Origin: a virus
Strand: one strand, 5' to 3'
Length of the DNA: 6,353 nucleotides
IMG/VR virus record: IMGVR_UViG_3300045988_000031
Location: 1-6,353 of that record
Below the pieces are notes generated by a model. The model was not told where the DNA came from. It saw nothing but the letters and a program-made list of their open reading frames with translations, and did not search any database. This document shows positions 1-5,109 of the stretch, piece after piece (positions within the stretch are counted from its first letter, which is position 1; every line of letters starts with the position of its first letter). The position numbers and the translations under genes were made by a program.

Positions 1-55
1 GAAGTCTGCCACTGAGAATAGCGGAAATAATCCTGACAAAATTTCTTATATGCCA
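1..55. repeat. Terminal direct repeat, copy 1: end overlap of a circular genome, identical to 6299..6353
   Basis: GAAGTCTGCCACTGAGAATAGCGGAAATAATCCTGACAAAATTTCTTATATGCCA occurs at both window ends, compared base by base. The offset is 6298 nt. The repeat lies inside an ORF that stays in frame across the junction. Confidence 0.95.
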
Positions 56-620
56 AGAAGGGAAATATACTCAAATTAAGATTAAACCGGAAAACTTGAG
101 TATAAGACTTATCAGAAACAGGAACAGAAGTTCCAAAATTAGAAGTAGACACACCGGCATTACCAACACGAAGATATTGCATAAGTTTATACGCAAGGTC
201 AGAGCGGTCAAAACCAAAATAATTTTTCTTACCCTTCAACCGTTCACAAACACCTCCAAGCTGGTTATTCGTAATAGTCGGAAGATAATTACCAAGAGTT
301 AACGCAGAAGTCTGTGAAACGGCATGCTGAACATTAGACTGCATTTGAGAGATAACCTCGGGAGCATTGCGCCAAAGAAGATGCAAGGGGACCCAAAACC
401 AATCATAGTACTCACGAATACGAGTATAAGCCGAAGTATTAACAGGCTGGGTACGTGTGAAATGCTGACGCTTCAAAGTAAACTTATCACCGGGCATAGT
501 AAAATACCATTTAATCGGAAGAAGTTCTCCCGATTTTGCAGAAAATGCAACCTTAGAAGAAAGGTCAAATGCCGAACGTCTGGGATGATTTCGGACATCT
601 TTTAGACTAAACAAACTCAT
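1..620 (-). CDS. VP1: Major capsid protein VP1 (phiX174 F-like), 5' part; continues across the circular junction into 6298..5110 (1809 nt including stop, 602 aa)
   Basis: ATG at 620..618. My translation of the reverse strand reads MSLFSLKDVRNHPRRSAFDLSSKVAFSAKSGELLPIKWYFTMPGDKFTLKRQHFTRTQPVNTSAYTRIREYYDWFWVPLHLLW...KKFCQDYFRYSQWQTS, with no stop down to base 1. The frame joins exactly with the ORF ending at 5110 (620 + 1189 = 1809 = 603 codons). The R-x-x-FDLS ... G-x-LLP ... PGD N-terminal pattern is typical of Microviridae capsid proteins. It is absent from the ORF track because there is no in-window stop. Confidence 0.93.
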   Translation of the reverse strand, partial: MSLFSLKDVRNHPRRSAFDLSSKVAFSAKSGELLPIKWYFTMPGDKFTLKRQHFTRTQPVNTSAYTRIREYYDWFWVPLHLLWRNAPEVISQMQSNVQHAVSQTSALTLGNYLPTITNNQLGGVCERLKGKKNYFGFDRSDLAYKLMQYLRVGNAGVSTSNFGTSVPVSDKSYTQVFRFNLNLSIFPFLAYKKFCQDYFRYSQWQT

Positions 621-623
621 AAA

Positions 624-827
624 TTAAAAATTAGGTTGAATATGAATACGGGTAGAGTCAACGGACTGGGAATTAGTCTGCTGACTCTCCTGGTTAGAAT
701 TACTGTTTTTCCAAAAAACAGACATAGATGCAGTACAAGACTGAACACACAAGGCTGTAATAAGCCCAATAATAAAAGTGGAAATAAGTTTAACCACTTC
801 AATCCACTGCTGCGGTGTAATTTTCAT
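624..827 (-). CDS. Small single-pass membrane protein (67 aa), function unknown; candidate lysis protein
   Basis: ATG at 827, 14 nt after the VP4 stop. TAA at 626..624, 3 nt before the VP1 ATG, so it exactly fills the VP4-VP1 gap. It has a hydrophobic segment WIEVVKLISTFIIGLITALCV followed by a polar S/N/Q-rich tail. I recognise no family. Confidence 0.55.
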   Translation of the reverse strand: MKITPQQWIEVVKLISTFIIGLITALCVQSCTASMSVFWKNSNSNQESQQTNSQSVDSTRIHIQPNF

Positions 828-841
828 AAATACAAAGATAA

Positions 842-2563
842 TTATTCTAGAAACACATTATTTTCATCATTTAAATTCTTATGTTTTACGCGAATGTAAT
901 GCACTTCATAGTAATTCTTATCTTTCCATTCCTGAAAATAACGATTATTAACTTTCTTTTGAGGTTTATTAATGTAAAATAAGGATAACAAATCATCAGA
1001 ATATCCTTCTCGCTCAAACATTTCTTGCTGAATACTTAATTGATTGGACAGGGATTGAGAACGCCTCTTAGACATATATTCATCACAAAGAGAAATGAGA
1101 TAATCATCGCTAAGACCACAAGAAAGAAAACGCTTGTAGATATAAAACGGTCTAGAGAGTTTATTCTTAAGAGAGTCCGTAAAGAAATGTATCTCTTTCT
1201 CACTCCGTGTATAAGCCAAAAAAACGCGCAAGCATTCAGGAAGAGTATCATAACGATAACCATACTTTTCATAAAGAGTTACTATATAGCAGTGAATAAA
1301 TTCGGATAGATTCGTAGGAGTTTCCTTTTTAAAGGGCTCGTTTCTTCTAAAGAGTTGTAATATTCCACGGATTGAGCGCAAAATTGTTCGAGTTTCGACA
1401 GAAAAATTACTGCTGTATGGAACGAATCGCGGCAATAATCGAGAGATATACGAAATGGGGGGATTGAATTCGCAAGGTTTGCCGTTACGGACAAAGCATA
1501 TTCGCTCAGATAGGCGTTCGACTGCTTCTTCAGGTGTTTTAACTGTTTGTCTAAAGCTTTCATATCCAAATAGTTTGCTAAACCGCGATTTATTTTTCGT
1601 AAACGGGACGTCTGTAAAAATACCGGGGAGAGACACAACGCTATTAAGATATCCCGATACGTAACTACCGGCGGAGTCCCTTGCAAGTTGCGTATCGACA
1701 CGACCGAGTTTCCAACTCTGATATACAGCTTGTCGAATGTTTTTGGCGACTTCGTCCGAGTCAAAGAAAAATAAGATATGGAAATGCGGGCGGAATGTCC
1801 GAGGAGAGTACTCCGATACAACATATGAAGATATTTTTTCATAAGAACCAATTTTTGTAAATAAATACTTGCGAAAACGTTTCGCAAAAAGTTGATAATC
1901 TCTATAATTAACATATTTAAGAAGTCCTTTAAATTGCGGGAACGCATTATCATTTCCTTCACATTTACTTTTCTTCTTAAGCTTCTCAACCATTTCAGGA
2001 GAAATCCAAACAAGTTCTTCACGCTGAACATCCTTGAATTTTTGCAACTTAGACATACGCGGAATGGTACGAAGAATGTAAGGGCGGGCAGAAGACATAA
2101 ATTGAGGTTTATAATTTTTCCGATATTCATCAGCAGCAGCACCTTCAGCAAAAATGTTTTTCAAATGTTCATCAATGTAAGGAAAATTTACCTTACAAGT
2201 AAACATGTTTAGAATCTGTCCGTTGTCCTCTTTTTTTACACGAGGGTCAAGTAACATACGCGTGCGAAGCTGAGAACGAACAGCGGGCCAAGCCTTGCCA
2301 ACAGGATAATCAAATTCATAATCCTCAATAGGCACAAGTGCCATTTTCGGGACATATTGGGAATTGTACGTAAGCGTAACGAAATAACAATACTTACGAT
2401 TCCATTTTTCATAATCGCATAAATTTCTCTTCGCGTCAGAACGCGAAATCAAACAATGCGGACAAACGCCGCATTCAACATAAACAGGTTCACCTGTGTA
2501 CTTATTTTTTATTATGCGAGGATGCTCGCAACGATTAAAAAAATTACTAACCTTATCGCTCAT
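842..2563 (-). CDS. VP4: Rolling-circle replication initiation protein VP4 (phiX174 gene A-like HUH endonuclease), 573 aa
   Basis: Motif I is YFVTLTY (FVTLTY at nt 2366..2383). The HUH-type motif is RPHFHILFFFD (HFHILFF at nt 1766..1786). The catalytic Tyr motif is GSYVSGYLNS (YVSGYL at nt 1646..1663). An N-terminal Cys cluster, CEHP-x16-CGVCPHC (nt 2453..2530), is typical of microvirus VP4. ATG at 2563, TAA at 844..842. Confidence 0.93.
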   Translation of the reverse strand: MSDKVSNFFNRCEHPRIIKNKYTGEPVYVECGVCPHCLISRSDAKRNLCDYEKWNRKYCYFVTLTYNSQYVPKMALVPIEDYEFDYPVGKAWPAVRSQLRTRMLLDPRVKKEDNGQILNMFTCKVNFPYIDEHLKNIFAEGAAADEYRKNYKPQFMSSARPYILRTIPRMSKLQKFKDVQREELVWISPEMVEKLKKKSKCEGNDNAFPQFKGLLKYVNYRDYQLFAKRFRKYLFTKIGSYEKISSYVVSEYSPRTFRPHFHILFFFDSDEVAKNIRQAVYQSWKLGRVDTQLARDSAGSYVSGYLNSVVSLPGIFTDVPFTKNKSRFSKLFGYESFRQTVKTPEEAVERLSERICFVRNGKPCEFNPPISYISRLLPRFVPYSSNFSVETRTILRSIRGILQLFRRNEPFKKETPTNLSEFIHCYIVTLYEKYGYRYDTLPECLRVFLAYTRSEKEIHFFTDSLKNKLSRPFYIYKRFLSCGLSDDYLISLCDEYMSKRRSQSLSNQLSIQQEMFEREGYSDDLLSLFYINKPQKKVNNRYFQEWKDKNYYEVHYIRVKHKNLNDENNVFLE

Positions 2564-2617
2564 ATCTTCGTCTTTTTAATTGAGGGGAATACTTTTACTT
2601 TTAATCTTACGAAATCG

Positions 2618-2625
2618 CAAAGGTA
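2618..2625 (-). promoter_or_regulatory. Isolated Bacteroidetes-type -7 box (TACCTTTG on the minus strand) upstream of VP4
   Basis: It matches TAnnTTTG about 55 nt upstream of the VP4 ATG. There is no TTTG at the expected 19-21 nt spacing. The same loose motif also occurs at 833..840 (TATCTTTG, just upstream of the 67-aa ORF) and inside coding sequence (for example 134..141), so it is weak on its own. Confidence 0.2.
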
Positions 2626-2798
2626 GGTAAATTGTGCAGAAAGCACCAATCAACATTGTATCAAAAATTATTAATTTCGCGCGCGCATTACGCAAGCTTC
2701 ATGCACACACGATATTAACAATTTTCAATACAATAACGCTTGGTGCAGTCTTCACAATTTGTCAATGATAAGCGATGTCGGAAGAAAAAAAAGAAAAA

Positions 2799-3062
2799 CT
2801 ATTCCTTTTTATCGCAGTCTACGCAAGAGGCAGCGTGATATTCCGAAACGGGCTGGAAGATTAGAACTTTATCACCGTCACAAAGGAGGTCATCGGCCAA
2901 GCAGGACAAGCTAATCTCATCAGCATCAATCAACATAGGGTCAGAAGGTTTTTCACCATTTTTCGGTTGTACAGTCATTAATAGTTTCATAATTGTAAAT
3001 TTTAAATTGTTAATAATAAAAATATAATAAAGCAAGTCCACACTTAAGTGCACGAAATCCAT
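2799..3062 (-). CDS. Hypothetical small acidic Cys-containing protein (87 aa from ATG 3062; more likely 63 aa from ATG 2990)
   Basis: The ORF ends in TAG at 2801..2799. The first 24 codons (DLLYYIFIINNLKFTI) come from a very AT-rich stretch that looks non-coding. From M25 the sequence is MKLLMTVQPKNGEKPSDPMLIDADEISLSCLADDLLCDGDKVLIFQPVSEYHAASCVDCDKKE, which is D/E-rich with C-x6-C and C-x2-C pairs. It is co-oriented with and 8 nt downstream of the preceding ORF. Confidence 0.45.
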   Translation of the reverse strand: MDFVHLSVDLLYYIFIINNLKFTIMKLLMTVQPKNGEKPSDPMLIDADEISLSCLADDLLCDGDKVLIFQPVSEYHAASCVDCDKKE

Positions 3063-3070
3063 GCGGAGAG

Positions 3071-3277
3071 CTATTTTTCCACGTCGTGTAAATGAGAAAT
3101 AGAATCTATATGCTCAATATGATAAGTCTCTGTACTAGTATCAAAGTTAGAAAGCTTTATAAGAGCATTAGATATAAGATGCCGAATATCGTTAGTTTCC
3201 TCAGAAAGAGTCAACTGAATGCGCGTACCATAATTGGAACAAGCCATAATGTGAATGTAACGTAATTTCTTTTCCAT
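3071..3277 (-). CDS. Hypothetical protein (68 aa), first gene after the promoter
   Basis: ATG at 3277 is preceded by AGGAG (complement of 3286..3290) at 8-nt spacing and an A10 leader. TAG at 3073..3071. The sequence is MEKKLRYIHIMACSNYGTRIQLTLSEETNDIRHLISNALIKLSNFDTSTETYHIEHIDSISHLHDVEK. I recognise no family. Confidence 0.55.
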   Translation of the reverse strand: MEKKLRYIHIMACSNYGTRIQLTLSEETNDIRHLISNALIKLSNFDTSTETYHIEHIDSISHLHDVEK

Positions 3278-3309
3278 AATTATATCTCCTTTTTTTTTTA
3301 ACTACACCG

Positions 3310-3341
3310 CAAAGATAAGAGACTTACAAATAAACACCAAA
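3310..3341 (-). promoter_or_regulatory. Candidate Bacteroidetes-type promoter: TTTG (-33) N20 TATCTTTG (-7)
   Basis: On the minus strand, TTTG at 3341..3338, a 20-nt spacer, then TATCTTTG at 3317..3310. This matches the published Bacteroides consensus TTTG-N19-21-TAnnTTTG. It sits about 33 nt upstream of the ATG at 3277, in the largest non-coding region, in the correct orientation for every gene. Confidence 0.45.
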
Positions 3342-3348
3342 CTAAATC

Positions 3349-3366
3349 ATATGTTATACAACATAT
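3349..3366. repeat. Perfect AT-rich inverted repeat ATATGTT-ATAC-AACATAT just upstream of the -33 box
   Basis: Arms 3349..3355 and 3360..3366 are exact reverse complements. The central hexamer 3355..3360 reads TGTATA on the coding strand. Confidence 0.6.
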
Positions 3367-3417
3367 TTTGAATTTTTATTGGTGTCACTTTTGCCAATCT
3401 CGGACGAGAGAGGGTGG

Positions 3418-3443
3418 AATCGGGCTAGATGTGAACCCCGATT
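3418..3443 (-). other. Stem-loop in the non-coding region (7-bp stem AATCGGG/CCCGATT, 12-nt loop)
   Basis: Arms 3418..3424 and 3437..3443 are exact complements. The stem is GC-rich against an AT-rich background, and no U-tract follows on the coding strand, so it is not a typical terminator. Confidence 0.5.
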
Positions 3444-3470
3444 TGCTACGCACAAAAGAGAACAACTATT

Positions 3471-3509
3471 ATAAAATAAAATGCACCGACTCATCACGAG
3501 CCAGTGCAT
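3471..3509 (-). terminator. Rho-independent terminator downstream of VP2
   Basis: The minus-strand RNA AUGCACUGGCUC-GUGAU-GAGUCGGUGCAU forms a 12-bp stem: 10 Watson-Crick pairs plus 2 G-U pairs. Those two positions are C-A and A-C mismatches on the opposite strand, so the structure is strand-specific. It is followed directly by UUUAUUUUAU (3480..3471). The hairpin begins 28 nt after the VP2 stop. Confidence 0.65.
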
Positions 3510-3537
3510 CAATAGGAGAGACAATAAATGTAACAGA

Positions 3538-4662
3538 TCACCGTCCGGGACGACTTCGCCAAGTACGTCCATTCTGATAACGGGTATAAGTATCCAGACC
3601 AGAACCAGCACCGTTAAAAATCATATTGGCAGAATTAACAGCCTCACGCCAAGGCTGCAACTTCGTATCAAATTTAGACTGCTGATATTCTTCAGAGGCA
3701 GAACCAGCATGAGAACGCAATATCGACGAATCGTGAAAAGCATCAGCACCGGCGTTAAATGCCCGAGAATGATAATACGAACCAAAATAAAAATTAGTAT
3801 TATTAGTAGCACGTATCAAATCATCCGCAGTCTCCTCAGCAATACGATTCGAAATCTTCTGTCCTCTAGCTTTAGCATAAGTCAAAATCTCCTCAGCAAT
3901 AAGATTATTAACCTCTTGACGCTTCATTTGCCCCGACATTATAAGATACTCATAATTAGCAGCCTTGAGATTCAACTCAGCCTGTTGTTGCTGGTCAAGA
4001 TATTTATTCAACACAGTTTTAGCCTTAGCATCAAGGAGAGAATTCGCAATATTAGCAACAAGCAAATTATTACTCCAACGCTGATTAGAGAGATTCTCCT
4101 CAAGTGAAGCCATTCCCAACTCGGCAGCCTTACGGCCTTGAGACAGATTATACGCACGTGCTTCGGGACTGGCATTTCTCCAATCCGTAGCACCAAGGTT
4201 TTGCCATACCTGAGAACGCAACAAATCAGACATATTGAGATTCTCAATATCAATTTGTTTTTTCTCAGACATCATTTTCAACGCGGAAGCCAAATTAACA
4301 CCGACAGACTGAAAGTCAGGAGTATATGGGATTTGAGGAGAAGCACCAGCAGCAGTAGCAGCAGAAGTACCTGAAGTACCAGTAGCTGTACCAGCTTGAG
4401 CATCACTCATATAAGGATTATAACCCGCGTCCTCTAAACGCTTACGCGAAGAAGACGCAGAATTATATTCATTTTCCCTATTCCACATATCCAACTGAAA
4501 ATCACGGGCTTTTTGAGCTTCACGAGCGTTAAAATCATTATTCATTTGATTTATCTTAAGATTGGTCTTATTAGTATCCGATACAGTTTTAGCACCAATA
4601 GCGCCTGATATAACAGAACCAACGCCGCCAAATAAACCGCTAGCGAAGTCTTTAAAACCCAT
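3538..4662 (-). CDS. VP2: Minor capsid / DNA pilot protein VP2 (374 aa)
   Basis: It has a Gly-rich N-terminus, MGFKDFASGLFGGVGSVISGAIGA. The block NDFNAREAQKARDFQLDMWNRENEYNSASSSRKRLEDAGYNPYM resembles the conserved core of microvirus VP2 proteins. An Ala/Thr/Gly/Ser low-complexity linker and predicted long helices follow. Its position downstream of VP1 matches microvirus synteny. ATG at 4662, TGA at 3540..3538. Confidence 0.8.
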   Translation of the reverse strand: MGFKDFASGLFGGVGSVISGAIGAKTVSDTNKTNLKINQMNNDFNAREAQKARDFQLDMWNRENEYNSASSSRKRLEDAGYNPYMSDAQAGTATGTSGTSAATAAGASPQIPYTPDFQSVGVNLASALKMMSEKKQIDIENLNMSDLLRSQVWQNLGATDWRNASPEARAYNLSQGRKAAELGMASLEENLSNQRWSNNLLVANIANSLLDAKAKTVLNKYLDQQQQAELNLKAANYEYLIMSGQMKRQEVNNLIAEEILTYAKARGQKISNRIAEETADDLIRATNNTNFYFGSYYHSRAFNAGADAFHDSSILRSHAGSASEEYQQSKFDTKLQPWREAVNSANMIFNGAGSGLDTYTRYQNGRTWRSRPGR

Positions 4663-4664
4663 AA

Positions 4665-5108
4665 TTATTCAGATGTAGCAGGAGCAGAAGAAGCAGCAGC
4701 AGCAGAAGCGGCTTCAGCTTCAGCAGCTAAACGAGCTTTTTCTTCAGCTTCCTTGATTAACGAATCAAAATTTTCCATACAATACTCAGCCCATGCACGC
4801 ACCTCAGACAAAGATTGAATATGTCTTGATTTAAGAGTAGACAACAAAGTATCGTCATCCAATTGGGCAGTATATACCGACTTATCAGGGGTATAACGCT
4901 GAATATATTCACGTAATTCACTAGCAGTTAACTTGTTTTCTAACCTCTGCTGATTAAAAATCAACGTGATATCAGAAGAGACAACTACCGAACCGTCTTT
5001 TAACTCCACAGTAGACAGTTGCATCAACTTATCTTGCACAGGAACTTTTGTATGCAACAAATCAAAAGAACCATTAAATTCATGCTGCAAACATTCTTTC
5101 TTTTTCAT
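4665..5108 (-). CDS. Hypothetical protein (147 aa), possible internal scaffolding protein (VP3-like)
   Basis: ATG at 5108 lies 1 nt after the VP1 stop. TAA at 4667..4665 lies 2 nt before the VP2 ATG, which suggests translational coupling. It sits between VP1 and VP2, has an Ala/Glu-rich C-terminal tail (EEKARLAAEAEAASAAAASSAPATSE), and is in the size range of gokushovirus VP3. The functional call rests on position and size only. Confidence 0.55.
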   Translation of the reverse strand: MKKKECLQHEFNGSFDLLHTKVPVQDKLMQLSTVELKDGSVVVSSDITLIFNQQRLENKLTASELREYIQRYTPDKSVYTAQLDDDTLLSTLKSRHIQSLSEVRAWAEYCMENFDSLIKEAEEKARLAAEAEAASAAAASSAPATSE

Positions 5109-5109
5109 A

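Noticed and set aside
617-802. A 61-aa minus-strand ORF overlapping the 67-aa TM gene
   Set aside because: It starts at TTG and lies in the +1 frame of the better-placed 624..827 ORF. Its hydrophobicity is what T-rich third codon positions produce in that frame.
833-840. A second TATCTTTG octamer, between the VP4 stop and the 67-aa ORF
   Set aside because: There is no -33 TTTG at the proper spacing and it ends only 5 nt from the ATG. The loose motif is expected several times by chance in this composition. I note it under the 2618..2625 feature rather than calling it.
96-899. Plus-strand ORFs 96..302, 324..605 and 636..899
   Set aside because: They are antisense to the capsid gene and the small TM gene. 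At least one (96..302) starts at TTG rather than ATG. Their composition is basic and low-complexity, as expected for antisense translation.
1040-2212. Plus-strand ORFs 1040..1309, 1455..1664 and 1892..2212
   Set aside because: They are antisense to VP4, short, of biased composition, and have no upstream signals.
2576-2656. A 26-codon minus-strand ORF (MLIGAFCTIYLPLRFRKIKSKSIPLN) upstream of VP4, possibly a uORF or a small basic J/VP8-like peptide
   Set aside because: It is too short to support from sequence alone, only mildly basic, and overlaps the -7-like box. It is worth checking only if conserved in relatives.
2711-2718. GATATTAA, identical to 8 nt of the phiX174 origin core (CAACTTGATATTAATAAC)
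   Set aside because: It lies on the non-coding (plus) strand, whereas Rep must nick the virion-sense strand. The flanks do not match, and an AT-rich 8-mer is plausible by chance in 2 x 6.3 kb.
2632-2758. Imperfect direct repeat TTGTGCAGAAAGCACCAAT (2632..2650) and TTGGTGCAGTCTTCACAAT (2740..2758), a possible iteron
   Set aside because: Only about 14 of 20 positions agree and a gap is needed. There are two copies only, which is too weak to call.
3481-4107. A 208-aa plus-strand ORF antisense to VP2
   Set aside because: It is in exact codon register with VP2, so antisense stops arise only from sense TTA, CTA or TCA codons, which VP2 avoids here. The product is low-complexity I/S/R/L/T-rich and its ATG lies inside the terminator stem. 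Microviruses express only the virion-sense strand.
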